DNA from: Lophium mytilinum
Lineage: Eukaryota
Assembly (NCBI GenBank): GCA_010093605.1
Contig: MU004190.1
Span: forward strand, 1 to 64,000
Direction: 5' to 3'
DNA length: 64,000 nucleotides
The position numbers were made by a program, and so were the translations under genes. Of this stretch, positions 24,701 to 38,366 are shown piece after piece. The stretch's first letter is position 1. Each line of letters begins with the position of its first letter. Below the pieces are notes generated by a model. The model worked only from the letters and a program-made list of their open reading frames with translations, searched no databases and was not told where the DNA came from.

Positions 24701-25305
24701 AGTGTATTGGCAACATGGAAGCCGCATGCACGCCGTACACGACTGGGCTGCTCAAGCTGTTGATTCATCGTCTTACAGACGAGGATTACGAGACCAAATC
24801 CAACGCCGTGTACGGTCTGGGTCTTCTCTGCGAGAAGTCGACCAACGAGCAGGAGATTCTAAAGAACTACCCCACAATCTTCCAGAAGCTAGAGCCCCTG
24901 CTCGACGACCAAGGTCAGCCACGTCTGCTCGACAACACGGCCGGCTGCGTCAGCCGCATGATCTCTCGGCATCCGAACCACATCCCCGTCTCAGAGGTGC
25001 TACCACGGTTGGTAGATCTCCTGCCACTGAGAGAGGACTTTGAAGAGAACAAGCCGATCTTCAAGATGGTGGTGCAGTTGTGTGAGTAGCTCCCCGCCGC
25101 GAGCCCAGCGCAACCTTTATGGGAAACATTTGGAATACGGTGCTGACGGACGGGAATTGTAGACCAAGCGAACGACGCGACGATTACGCAGCTCACGCCA
25201 AGACTGATGCCGGTGTTCCAGAAGGTGCTTGGGCCGCCGGAGGAGCAGCTGGAGGACGAGACGAGGAGTCAGGTTGTGGAGTTGGTAAAGTACCTTCAGA
25301 AGTAG
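21718..25305 (+). CDS. KAP123: Importin beta-4 (karyopherin Kap123)
   Basis: IBN_N start (MDEQQFVQLL...ELRQLAAVE), HEAT repeats, acidic loop then AVAMEKEIA, and SEYDWLV. Introns at about 21765-21812, 24122-24338 and 25082-25162. Confidence 0.95.
24171..24273 (+). ncRNA. SNR71: Intronic box C/D snoRNA, snR71-like
   Basis: Box C ATGATGA at 24175-24181 and box D CTGA at 24265-24268, with short GAA/TTC terminal complementarity. Guide CCCAGCTCAC (24197-24206) before a D'-like CAGA pairs with LSU rRNA GUGAGCUGGG; the D'+5 rule hits the A equivalent to yeast Am2946. Lies in an unusually long 217-nt intron. Confidence 0.85.
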
Positions 25306-26356
25306 AGGAGTGGTGGGAACCAAAGGATGGGTTTGGGGGCGATCCGGGTCAGGGTCGGGCTTAGGGCTACTAGGCGAAGCGGTGACGATATACACGAAAA
25401 GCACGATCGGACGGATGAGACATGGACTCGTTGATACCACTTTTACGGCCCTTGGGTATGAGACGGAGGGGAATGGATGGGTTGCAGAGCAGATGCTAGC
25501 AGAGTCGTACATACCCCGCTTGCTCTGGAAAGGATCTGAAAAATGCAACAGATATCTTCCCAGTCGCTGAGAGACTGCAGAAGTGTTTCGCTCATCTGAA
25601 CTCATCGACAACCTTTTTCGTGCACCTGAGAAACAGCCGTCGGCCTTCACCAAAGACATGGAGGCCCGTGCGTCGGGTAATCCCTACCAGCTAACCTTAA
25701 CAACACCATGTCTTCGGACTTTGACACAGGCTGATGGCCGCACTGCACCGCAGCCGCAGCCCACGGATGATGCCCGTCTCACTTCACGTGGTGGCCGTGA
25801 AGTCCGCGCACTGTACGAGCCGTTGCCACAGCGCACACTGCTCATTGGAGGGTTGAAACGTTTGTGGCGACCTGCGTCACGACCAGCGCGCCGATCCGGC
25901 AGGTGAACACCGGAGGGACGCGATAGCGCCTAGGAAAGATGGCTCAAGCGGGTTAGGATAGCCCAGGGATAGTGGTTAAACATCTGCACGCACGCTGTAC
26001 GCTACGGACTTTGAGTAGGTGCTGCGTTGGGGCGCCAGCGAATGGGACGCGGGGAAATGCGAAACAGCGTGAGGCTGCGGCTTTGGGCTATTGTTACTTC
26101 TATGCTAATGTTTCTCGCGGACTGTGGTGCTGGTGAGGAGGCAATATTCTCATTTTTCTACGGTTCTCTGAAGCTCTGTGTTTAGTGGAAAGACACGTCG
26201 TTTGGGTCTGTTACTGAGATCTCGGTTCTTTGCCACCCCCTTGTGGTGTCTTTGCTCGTTGTTGATGGGCTGTTCAATCCGTGCTCTGGTAGCGTTCCAG
26301 TATCCTCGTCCTCGGTGACCTAGATACCCTCTCGGAGGACTGTGGACGTCGTCGAG

Positions 26357-27907
26357 ATGGCACGAGATACGCAAGTAAGAGGTGGAGCGAGCAGCGGGAG
26401 TCACAGTGATGATGTGCAGATTGCTGCGTGGCTTCTCTTCGTTGCTGCTCTTGTTGGTGTTGGAGGTCACTTCGTCGTGAAGTGGATCCGGGCACGGAAA
26501 GCAAGAGTACGGCGGGTGAACTGGGATGACGTTGCGCTTGCGGCTGCTTTGGTGGGTGATTTTCTTTTATTTGGTCGTTGATTGCAATGGAAGCTCACAG
26601 TGTGTAGGTTCTCGCATTAGGCCAGACGATAGCAGTGTCGGTGCAAGCGAATAGTGCTCTGGGTAGACATCTTTCGATCTTGAGTACGGATCAGGTCAAC
26701 ACGTTCCAAGCAGTATGCACGGCTTCATCCAAGTATACGAAGTTTTATGCTAACAGTTTTCAGGCCCAATATGCGGCTACGATGCTCTACATTCTGTCCA
26801 TCGGGTCAACAAGGGTTTCGATATGGCTCTTCGTACGGCAAATCGTTCAAGAAAAACGCCAGAAATGGATAGCTACGGCCATGGGAGCATTCTGCCTGCT
26901 TTGGACCCTCACAGCATTCATCGCTGCTGCAGTCCCCTGCGATGAACCAAACCCGTGGAAGTTTCTAGGAAACCAATGCTACGATAGACTTGCATTCGCA
27001 CGCTACGCTGCCTCCTCCAACATCGTGGTCGAACTGTCTTCAATTGCCGTTCCCTTTCTCCTCCTCAGAAGTCGGGGAAATCAACGCTGGACCGCTCTAG
27101 CTTTCTCCTCCCGCTTCCTGTAAGCCCCTTCCCACCTCCCTTCACAGCCCCTGTTCTAACCTCCCGATCAGCCTCATCGCAACCTTAATCCCCCAACTCT
27201 ACTACAGCAACACCCTCTCAACCGCCTCCTCCACCTCCACCGACTTCACCTTCCAGGCCTGGTCCCTAACCACCTGCACCCAACTCGCCCAATCCCTCGC
27301 CCTCCTCACTGCCTGCCTCCCCTCCTCCGTCCGCCACCTTTTCCCCGCCAAGCCGGGCCCCATCATCCGCCACATCCAATGGGACCACACCCACCCCACC
27401 GTCTCCACCACGCCCGGCTTCCCGCCACCCCCCTACCCAACCCGCCCGCCACTCGTGAAGACCAAAACAAGCTACGGCTACGTCGCGCCCCTTGCCACCT
27501 ACCACTTCACCGGCAAACGCACCAACTCAGGCGACCTCTCTCTCTCCTCCTCGAAAACCTCCTCTTCCACCTCCACCTCGCACGACGAAAAACACCAACA
27601 CCGGGAAAGCGCGTTCGAGGACGTCTTCGAGCGCCGCTGGAACGTCCCCTCCATCGCCGTCTCCGAGCCGCGCGAGCCGCCGCCGACGAGCATGGAGGAG
27701 ATTGGCGTGCTGCCGGGGTGCGAGATGTGGGGGAATGAGACGGATGGCGAGCAGGGGGAGCGGGCCGAGTTGGAGCTGCAGCGGTGTCGGGCTAGGGGGA
27801 GTGGCGTCAGTTATGTGTTTGAGAGGGATAAGGTGATTAGTTTGCCGCCGATAAGTACGCCGAATTGGGAAGGGAGGGGGCATGAGGGGTTTTCGTTTGG
27901 GGCGTAA
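26357..27907 (+). CDS. Multi-pass integral membrane protein, PTH11/rhodopsin-domain-like without CFEM
   Basis: Hydrophobic helices with WDD-type motif, YAATMLYILS, C..P.PW and AFSSRF; three short introns; Ser/Pro-rich cytosolic tail. Confidence 0.8.
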
Positions 27908-29598
27908 AGGGGGTTGGGAAAGGGAGGTGTTGATTGGGGGGGTTTTGCGGTTTAGCGTTAGATGGAGTTTGGAATGGGTTGTAGGCGCAGAAAATGTATT
28001 TCTTGTTCTAGTTTCTGTTGATCGAGCTTCTGTGGTATGGGGGTGTGGTGTGGTGTCGGTGACTGTTATTTCGGGCGGCGTTGCTTGGTTCGTTATTCAA
28101 CAACTAAGCTAATGTCGTTTTCAATTTCCGAAGCTCGAAAGTGATGGTAAGTTCGACACTACGGAGTCCGTGTATAAAAGGAACACGAGATTTGGCGGTG
28201 GCTTTCCACCAACGTCTTCCAAACCATGCTCTTGTACCTGGGTAGGTGGCAGTTCGTGCATCTTACCTAAATACGTACAGCACGTGACTAGACAAGCCTG
28301 CAGCGTTCAGGCTATGCTTCGCATATTTCCAGTTTTTGACAAAGTTCAGGAGCTAGGCAGAGCTTTTTTTCATGTCCTGTCTATATCTTGGGATAGGACT
28401 AGAGCTCATGTCTAATCTTGCTCTTCTGATGACACTCACTTGTGCTGAAGCTGTAGTGGATTTGAGAATCATGGTTTGATTCTCTTACAGTCTGCAATTT
28501 TCGAACACTTTCATCCGTGGGATTCAAGTTGGTAGATGAAATCTTATAGATATGCATGGAACTAATCGTTGTGTATATATATATATTAATCCAGCGCTGT
28601 GAAAGTAGCGTCTGTAGCTTCCAAATGCAACCAAAACTCTACAGTCAGAGAGAGCTGGGCACGATCTCTAGTCTCTGCCAACGCGATTGAATGTTAGTCA
28701 AAGAACAATACCGCACATCATGTCCAAAGTAACACTCCGTCTATTGCTTGCTTCCTCTCACATTGCTCGTCCTCCTATTCGCCTCCTCGCTCCTTTCTTT
28801 AACGGCCATTCCCGTGACCGTTCCCGCCTAGCTTTCCGCCCGACTACACTTCAAAATCGGCACCACTACTCCCTCCAAAACAAGATGCCACACTCTTCTC
28901 TACGACGTCCATCAGCATTCTCCAAGGTATCCCAGCTTATAAACCGGCTTCATGTTCGCCCGCGGCCGCCCTTTACCGCCCTTCACCGAGCTCGAGCACC
29001 GAAAGGCCGATCTCACCATGAACTTCATCCCCGCTTGTCTCTCGATGACAGCCTCGGAGTTAAGCATCGAGTCATGCTTAAGCAGCTGGCCAATCAAAAT
29101 AGCCGACGTATGGAGACTCCTGATACCCTTGCATTATTCTTGATGGACCTGATCGGGTTAGTGCGAGTCTGGAACTACACAAGGGACGGGAGGCTTGCGG
29201 CGAGGAGGCTCGATTGAACGGGCCCTTGGCACGTTTGCCAGTGCGAGATCTCAGGTCAAATGAACACTACTGTCGTAGTTATTGATTTTCTTTGAGCCGG
29301 GGTGGTTTTGCGGAGAAATGCTGTGCTGATCCCTCTACCCCTGTGCAGATTTGACTGGGGAAAACACAAACGAGGTCAGAAACGTCCTAGCAATCTGGGG
29401 ACGCGTTGATGCCGCTCGATACCCCTCTCCTTGACCCTGTATAGCAGATGCCGGAGCTTATGAAGCAGTATGCCAGGGGAGCGTAGTTGGTTTAAAGAAT
29501 GGACGGGCCGAAGTGCGGGCGCAGTGCCCAGCTGCTGTTCCCTTTTTACATCTATAGTTTTAGCAGCCGTTGTGGCTTGAAGATAGCACCCATTGATT

Positions 29599-31609
29599 AT
29601 GCAGGACCATGAGAAGTTCGAGGAGAAGGAGAAGGATGTGTCCCATATCGACGACGTGTTAGAGAAGCCGCACTTGGAAGATGGTGCTGAGGTGCTAGAG
29701 AATACCTTTAAACTGACGCCTCACCTTATCGGTAGTGTTATAGTAAGTCTGAGCCAAAGCTTGATTGAACTACCAGTCGATTGCAGTCTGCTGATGACAC
29801 CATAAACTTCAAGGCTTTGATGATCGGCTACAACGGCGCTGGCTTTTCCCTCTCTCTAGTCGGTCCCATCATTGGCACCATTAACAAGGACTTGGGATCA
29901 AAACCATACTACGCCTGGATCGCGATCGCGTGGAATATCGCCAATGCCATCTCCGTCACCGTCTCGGGTCGTTTGATGGACATATTTGGCCGTCGATATC
30001 TTATGATCTTTGGCAATTTACTGGGAGTAGTCGCCTGCATCGTCGCTGGAACAGCAGACTCGGTCGGTGTTGTCATTTGTGGGGTTACCATTCTTGGATA
30101 CGCGACAGGATTCCAGCTCCAGGCGACGGCTGCGATTGCTGAGTTGGTCCCGAATAAGTACCGTCCCGCAGTGACCGGCCTCGTTGCGTTTTCACTTCTT
30201 ATTCCTGCTGCCTTTGGTGCGCCAATAGGTATGTCGCACGTCTTCGTTTTGCTACTGCGTTGAAAACGAGCTGTACGCTAATGCGTGTCGAAGCTTACCA
30301 CCTCATCGGACACGCCACCTGGCGATGGAGTTTCTGGATCACACTCATTGTAGACGCAGTTGCCTGCGTTCTCCTCACCCTGGTGTATTTCCCTCCGACT
30401 TTTGGTCAGAAACACAGCTTGGACCACAAGACCAAATGGCGCCAGGTGGCTGAATTTGACTTCTTCGGCCTGTTCCTCTTCATTGGAAGCTTGATATCCC
30501 TCTTGCTGGGTATCAACTGGGGCGGCTCGACTCACCCCTGGAAAAGCGCCCACGTGATCGTCCCCATCGTAATTGGAGGATTTGGTCTCATAGCGTTTGG
30601 GTTTTACGAAGCATTGATGCCGCTCAAAGCAGCCCTTATCCCGCAGGCGCTGCTGGCGGATGTGCGGGGCTTCGATGTTGTCATCGTCACGATTTTCGTG
30701 GCTGGAATGCTGTTATACAGTCTCCAGGTCTTATGGCCGACCCAGATCCAGACTATGTATACTACTGATACGATGAGGATCGGATGGATAAGCTGCACGT
30801 TTTCAGCAGCTACTAACGTAGGGGCACTGGCTTTGGGCGCGGTCCTCGCGAAAATTGGACACGCTCGTCTGATCTATGTCGTTGTCGTTGCACTAGAGAC
30901 GGCTTTTGTTGCTGGCATGGCGGGAATGAGTAGGTTCTCCTTCTCCTTCTGCAGTTCGCAGGTGGCTAATGGATTCTCATCACAGCTCCCGAGACGCTAG
31001 GAGGCGCAGTGACGCTCGTAGCATTGGCAGGCCTTTGCGTCGGGTGTGTCAACCTGATCAGCGTAACGATGATCATACTTCGGTGTCGCGATGAGTATAT
31101 CGGAGTTGCAGTGGGCCTCGCTGGAACGGCGCGGACCGTTGGAGGAGCAATTGCAACAGCTATTTACTCGACTGTTTTGAACAACAAGGTTACAGAAGTT
31201 CTCCCAACGAAGGTTGCAGAAGCGGTGGTGCCACTCGGATTCAAGGTGCAGGATCTCTCCGAGCTGATTACGGCGTTGTTGGAGGGTAGTCCGACTGGGC
31301 TTGAGAAGGTTCCGGGTATTTCTCCACGCATTATCAGCAGCGCGGCATCTGCAGTCAAGGATTCTTACGGCGAGGGCTTCAAGTAAGTCCATTTGATTGT
31401 GATGTACTGGTGTTATTGGTGAACATGGCTGACTAGAAATCTTCAGGTTAATATATCTAATTAGCATTGCGTTTGGCGCTGTAGCCTTAATATCTGCTAT
31501 TGGGACCAAGAATATAGATGATACATTGACGGACCATCTGGCGGTAGAATTGAACCAGGGTCGTCACACGGAAGAATCGAAAGAGACAAAAGAGTCAAAA
31601 GAGCCGTAG
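29599..31609 (+). CDS. MFS efflux pump, TRI12/DHA2-like (14 TM)
   Basis: GRLMDIFGRRY, AELVPNKYR, WRWSF, YFPPTF, GINWGG..PWKSAHVI and ARTVGGAIATAIY; four introns keep the frame. Confidence 0.92.
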
Positions 31610-32342
31610 ACTCAGCCTGGGCACTGTCGTCAGCTAGGCGCGGTACACGCTCTTGAACCGCCCTCAACTCACTTGTAGGGCTACTCAAGAAACTAGATTA
31701 GTGGATTCTCGATCCATAGGAATCAAAACTTCGCTGCAATGTCAACTGTTAGAGAAGAAACCTGTGACATCAACTCAGGCCCCAATAATGAAATGAACCT
31801 AGGGTCCTACATAACTACTCTGACTTTTGGAGATATGCAAAGGAGATACAGAATACGTAAAGGGCGTCCAATTCGTTCCTTTCTTGGAATCTTACGCGGC
31901 GAACTGTTGATCAGCCTGGTGAGGCTGTGCTGCAGCGGATCGGATCGCGGCAGGGCTTAGGAGCGATGAGCTAACGGGCAACGCGGCCACTGGGTAGCTT
32001 GAGGAGAACAATGGTAGCTCCGTGCCTACGGGCGTTTCAGAGTAAGACCAAGTCGCCATCATGCAGATGGGAGTGGTGAATAATGGTGAGGAATCAATGA
32101 TAGAGAGACTTGAGAGACGTCGTTGGTCCCGAAATACACTCGAGGTGGCCCGAGCGCCAAGCTGTCATGGGGGCTGTTCGTTCACCAATTCACAGCCTCA
32201 AAGCCCCGCGGGTCCACGCGTTTGACTCGCACCATGTTTGAGCACTCCTGTGGCGCTGTTATATTGCTGCCAGCCCTCCTCCCGCAGCCATCCAGCACCA
32301 CCAGAAACCCATCCACAGGCTCTGGCAGAGTAACATGAAGCC

Positions 32343-33958
32343 ATGCTGGACGAAAACCTCCCCAGTACGCGCCTCTGTTTAGATAACTATGCCCGAAAGC
32401 TAACATGTACATAGCCTTCTACATAAAGCCTTCGACGGATGCCGTCAAACATCACCAATCTTTCTACTACACCCAATATGGGTCCGAGCCCGAAGCCTCC
32501 TACTCCCTGCACTACCTCGATCCCTCGACAAACGAAGCAAAGAACACCTACGCTGCCGCCATCTTCGACGCGCACAACCCCGACGTCCTCTTCGCTGAAA
32601 TTCTCGTGAAGCCAGGATGGACTCAGCCCTCGCTGTCCCAGGAAGACATTCGGAGGAATGGAGGGGTGCCTCCGCCCCCTCAGCCCATCATGCCCACCGA
32701 GTTCGCTATACAGCTCTACAATCCTGATCAGGAGGTGATGATCAGGCAACAGACTGGGAAATGGGGCGGGAGCAACAGCTACGAGTTCAGCATGCCTCAA
32801 AGCTCGTTCCGGACTCCCAGCGCGTCTACGCTGGATCGAAGCCAGAATGACCCTGCAGCCGACGCGGCGACGCCCAAGATCCTCTTCGTCTGGAGGAAGG
32901 AGAGCAAGCTCTCGAAGAACATGACGTGTTTCCTTACGGGCAAGTCTACAGATCCTACCGGAAAGAAGAATCGGAGCAAGGAGCCGGACATTGCGATCGC
33001 TATGTTTGAAGGCTTGAAGGCCATCACGATTTTGGAGTCGAACCTATACAGGGTGGACATGGAGGACTACAAAGGGCTGGAGGTTGTCCTGTTACTTGGG
33101 GCTGCAGCTATTAGAGACATATACTTTGGGGACGCGAAAGCGGCATTCCATATTATCGATCCTGCCACGCGAAAGAATAGCGGAGGTATCATGGGAAGGA
33201 AGAACTCGTCACCTATACAACCAGTAGTAACACCTCCGCTGACTGGCAGAGCCACGGCGCAACCGCAATTTCCTCTACGACCCGGACCTAAAGGAGCTGC
33301 TACCGGTGCTCTATACAACCAATCGTCGCGAAATGAGACACAACGTCAGAGTCTACCTCCGATTAACACGGGAAACACACCACCTCCGCGCTTTGACCCT
33401 CGCAAGCAATGGGAGATCGAAGCCGAGACTGCACGTCTCAAGGCCCAGGTAGAGGCAGAGGATAAGGAGCGCAAGAGGCTCCAGGACATTGAGAGGCGAA
33501 AGCGGTTAAAGGCCGAGGAAGAGGAGTCAAAGAAGACGAAGAGATTCCTCGAGACCGAAGAACGAGAGCAACGCCGACGTCAAGCACAGGTTGATAAGGA
33601 AACGGAGCGGTTGCGAAGGAAATATGGCGACCAGGGTAGTCTTGCTCCGCCTGCTCAGCAGTCCCATCGGCACTCTACTCCCAGTATACAATTCCAAGCA
33701 CCGATTCAACAACAACACCGCCAGTCATATGCTCCTGCGCAACCCCCAGGAGCAAACAATCCTTACCTACAAGCTCCCGCCGCTGGTAGGCCGACTCCTT
33801 CTCAGAGCTCCTTCTTCGGTGGTGGGGGGACTATACGACCTGACAACGGCCAAAGGCTAAACAGCGGCCAGAAAAAGAAGAGTTTCTGGAGGTTGAGAAG
33901 TCATAGCGAACTTGAGAGCCCGAACACTCTGCGCAAAAAACAGAGTAGCATGTTTTAG
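32343..33958 (+). CDS. Fungal hypothetical protein with C-terminal coiled coil
   Basis: Short exon MLDENLP + intron (GTACGC...GCTAAC...TAG) joins the 517-aa ORF; E/R/K-rich coiled coil. Confidence 0.85.
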
Positions 33959-34757
33959 CAAAAATTTATAACTCGGTAACGTCCTCCGAGCTGCATAGCG
34001 GGATATCGGCGTAGGTTTTCATTCTTTTAGATGGTCACGATATACCTTTCGAATTCGTCCCCGGAAATCCTTGTGACTTCTCCTTTCAGGGTCTCCCCTA
34101 GATATTTCAATTCAATCTATGGTTATCCTCATCAATTTCTTTACTCTATCTTAAATGAAGCTCTGTGATCATTTTGCCAGTCGTTGAGTTAGTCAATCCA
34201 AGCCGAGCTTTTTCTCGTAAGCGATGCCTTTATGCTGAGGCGGCTTCTTTTAAGTCAGCCCATTCGGTATTTGATCATCTTTCCATTCGTGTGGGCCCAA
34301 TTTCGAAATGCCTGTGATCTTTCAGACCAGTCAATGACCTAACAGTTGCCTAGAACAGGTACGCTTCAACCGCACCATCAATACAGATCCGGCTTTTTTA
34401 ATGCGACTATCTTGCAGGTCTTCGTTTCTCCCCTGTCCCTGCCGTATTTGATCTAAGACGTATGGTGATGCGTTTTGAATATTCCTGGGTATTTACGTGT
34501 GTTCGTTTTCTATCAAAGAAATTTCGAGAAAGTCGTCCGCTTGCGTTTTCGTAAAACTCAACCAATCGACTAGCAAGCCTAACGCCTTTGTTCACGATCT
34601 CGGTCATGACTATAATCAAGACCGTAAGGTGGACAAGGCAACATTATCAGTTTTAAGAGCCCATAATATCTTGTTATGTCACGTGGATGTCACGAGATCC
34701 CCGCACAACAACGGTTTTAAGATGTAATTTACATTGTATACTCAGACAATAGGGTGA

Positions 34758-35177
34758 ATGATGAGATCGATTGCTTTTGTCTTTGTTGCAGCAACCCCAC
34801 TGCATGCCAGACAAGGCTTCCCGCAGAACTCGACGATCACATCAAGCACCGCAACATGGGTCTTCTCTACGATCGCAAATTGTTCGGACCAAGCCAATGG
34901 ATGACCGACGCCACCACCGGCGTCATCGGGCAGCAATACCTCGATTGCGCGTAGTGTAGCTGGGCCTATAGGAGCTCTCGCGGGCATGGGCGTTCTCTTC
35001 TACACGTTCGTTGCATGGAAGCGAAAGTTCGACGAAACGCGCCAGCAAGCGCAAGAACACTCTGAGCGACAGCCACAAGCCACGTTGGATCGCTCGTCCA
35101 CACGCCAAAGGCCACCACCCAGCTACGCCATTAATTCGCCAGGCATAAATCAGACGCCCATAAGTTGGAACAATTAG
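34758..35177 (+). pseudogene. Small type-I membrane protein with one in-frame TGA
   Basis: One frame reads signal-like MMRSIAFVFVAA, S/T-rich ectodomain, TGA at 34902-34904, TM helix (VAGPIGALAGMGVLFYTFVAW), KRK and PPSY. Confidence 0.6.
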
Positions 35178-36572
35178 AAAGCGTATTCACAGTTTAGGTA
35201 CCCGCACGAGATGGCAGAGTTCGTTAGAACGTCATCGCCTAGGTGCAGAATTCATATCCTCGCAGGCTAATGAGGTATCGCGTGGACTGATGTGGATGTT
35301 GCAGAACCTTTCAAAAACTGCGATCCCTTTTATCCGCGATCCTCGGCATTAGGGTTTGATCTAGGCACTACCTTTAGATGCGAAGCTATGTGAAAGCTTG
35401 CTCGAAGTAAAGCCAGTGCCAGGGGCCGTGAGAGATCTCTAGTCAGTGGAGTTATGTATGGAGTTGATCGGAACAATACGTATGTCTGAGCTAGGCGTCC
35501 ATATGAAGCCTTTCCTTTGAACTCTCAGACATCCATCGGAAAGCTGGTCGTCCCTGAGTGGGCTTTTATAAAGCCCGCAGTCAGTCCCAGCTTCGGAGTC
35601 GAGGCACTTGCCAAAGCGTCACCGCACATAGGTAAAGAGCCCGGCTGTTATCTGATCCGACTGATTGATAATGTGGATACCTAGATCATAATGCCAAGTT
35701 TTTCACCCTTGCACGTTTCGTTCTGTTTCGTCCATGTTCGTGAAACGCCTGCCGGTTGCGGCGAAGGATGAAAAGTCCCCATTTCTGGGAAATTGGCGAT
35801 GTTCGAATGGGATTCGCTCCCTGGCGAATCGACCGTGCGTCAGCAGGTAGATTGACCTTTCCGGCCCGAAAGGGTGGCAGTATTGATTGATGAGAAATGG
35901 TCGTTTAGCATTCATTCTGAGCGCTGAAAGGCATGTGAGTCCAATAGCTTGTCTCCATGTTATCTATAGCTTTACGTTTTCTACAATCGGATCTTCTGAT
36001 GTTTTAAGCAAGTTATATCACAATCGTTAATTCTTCGAAACTCCCGACAGGACCATTATCCGCCGGGTTGCTCCTAAACTAGCGTTCGCTAACCACCGGT
36101 TACCGTCTCTACAACGTGGACTGGGGTGGCCCAGTGGCCACGACAAGGGGTCCGAAACTTTGCCGTTGACCAATTGTCGGACCAGATCACTGTCGCAGGG
36201 CTTGCCTTACGACCTTCCAAACACCCTCAGACCCACCAGAAGCTAAATCTAATGCCAACACTAAATATCTGGCCATGCTAAGCAGTGGTAGAAACAGTCT
36301 TTAACCACTCATCCTTGATGTTTCTAGCAGCTTGGCAGCCATTTCGTGCCCCATTTCCATCCTTTATTCGTCACCACGTCTAAGCAGTCTTTCTCATGGG
36401 CGGAATTCTGCCGCGGGCCAGTTCGGGCGCCTGTCCGATATGTACTTATACCGTCTTTGCTTCGTAGTTATCATTTCCTGACCATCAGCTCTGAACTTCC
36501 ACTGTCCTTTCTCCTCATTGCTCTAGTAGCATCCAGTCGCTCGTTCACTTCTTCTTACTCAAATTATCTATC

Positions 36573-37859
36573 ATGCATTCATTCATCACTCTCGCGACAT
36601 TGATTGTCGCCGCTTCCGCTGCACGCCCATTCCTCAACGAGCCCGATACCGGCCTGGAGGAATATCTTGGCACCGACTTTCCAGTTGGAAAGCTCCCTAA
36701 CCTCACTGATATTCGGGGCATTCCCGACTTTGACTTCGCCGCACGTAACTACCTCAATGCTTCCAGTTACAGCTTCTACCGCACAGGCGCTGCGGGAGAA
36801 TGGTCGTACAGGAACAATCTCGAAGCTTTTAGCAGGGTGCGATGGAGGCCGCAGGCGTTGAATGATGTACATTCAGTTGCGAGTACTCTACCGTAAGAAT
36901 ATGCTCATTTTCAAGGCTTTTCTGAGACACCATCATACTAACGTTGATATTCAGGACGAAGATCTTAGGCCATAACTTCAGTGCGCCCTTCTTCATTGCC
37001 CCGGCCACTCGTGCTGGGCTTGCACACGAAGCTGCTGAGAGCAACCTCGTCAAGGGTGCATATGCGGGCGACATCCTCTACATCGTAAGCCGCTCTCTCA
37101 CTAAACTCAAGCTTCAAAGAATACATGATACTAACGAAAATAAAGACCGCCATCTACGCCACCCTCAGCATCGAGCAAATCGCCGCCGCCAAACCCGCGA
37201 ATGGCTCCCAAGTCCTCTTCCAACAACTCTACGCCGCTGCCAACCTCACCGCCGTCCAAAACAACCTCGACCGCGCCAAAGCCGCCGGCAGCAAAGCCAT
37301 CGTCTTCACCATCGACGCCCCCGCCACCTCAACCCGCCACCGCGCCGCCCGCTACGATCTCGGCAATGCTAATTCCGATACCGCTACCTTGACCTGGGCT
37401 CTCTACGCCCAGCTGCGCAACATGACCTCCCTCCCCATCATCCTCAAGGGCATCACGACCGTCGACGACGTGCGCAAAGCTATCTCCGTGGGTGCGCCCG
37501 CTATCTACGTCAGCAACCACGGCGGGCGGCAGCTTGATGGCTCACCGTCGCCTCTCGAGGTCTGCCTCGAGGTATATGAGAACGACCCAACAATGTTCCA
37601 GAAGATAGAGATCTACGCGGACAGCGGGGTACGGTACGGCACGGATGTGCTGAAGCTGCTGGCGCTAGGCGTGAGGGCGGTGGGGCTGGGGCGGCCGTTT
37701 ATGTACGCGAATGCGTATGGGGTTGAGGGGGTGACACATTTGATTGAGTTGTTAAAGACAGAGATTGCGGCGGATGCGGCTAATGCGGGGATTCAGGATG
37801 TGCATAGGATTCAGAGGGAGAGGGTGAATTGGAAACCGTTGACGACGAATGGTTTCTAG
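36573..37859 (+). CDS. FMN-dependent alpha-hydroxy acid oxidase/dehydrogenase with N-terminal signal peptide
   Basis: [37 protein letters not shown] and GRPF; hydrophobic leader MHSFITLATLIVAASA; two introns. Confidence 0.93.
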
Positions 37860-38366
37860 GGGTCAGTGCTACGACAGGGAGAGGATGATTTGTGTATATA
37901 TTTCTTCTTACCTATATGGGTTTCGATATGATTGAAGGGATGATGACTGTAGAACGGTTTTCGTGGTAAATTATATACCGAGGCTTTCTTTACGACGTTG
38001 GATTTGCACTATAGGCTTCTGCTGATACTTGATACATGCCACAGCTGGTCGACTAGAGTTAGCGCTACGAGCTCCGTATCGTAAGCTTCGTATACTTTTC
38101 TTCTTGTCGCTCCTTGGCTTTTTCAAGGAACGGAAAAACGAGGCCGATATCAGCCAGAAGAGTCTCTGGGCAAGCACTGGTGCTAAGACACCGCCGAAAA
38201 TACGACGAGAATCCAAGCAAGATATCAGGTTCAAATTTCGCCATCTAGGCCCTTCAAACAATTGCTGAAAATGCAAAGTCTAATCTACATAACATCATGA
38301 GTGGGGTATCAGAGGTGACTTCAGAGGCCCCAGCGCGAATGACACAACCCCTCAAATCAGCACAGC

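Noticed and set aside
28574..28586. (TA)n microsatellite (also 9070-9081) and 12-bp triple repeat at 40268-40302
   Set aside because: Short simple repeats expected in intergenic DNA.
28687..29217. 176-aa basic ORF
   Set aside because: No domain or coding-like composition recognised; could be a relic but is unsupported.
29599..31609. Trichothecene cluster implied by the TRI12-like pump
   Set aside because: The family is widespread, and no trichodiene synthase or other TRI genes are in the window.
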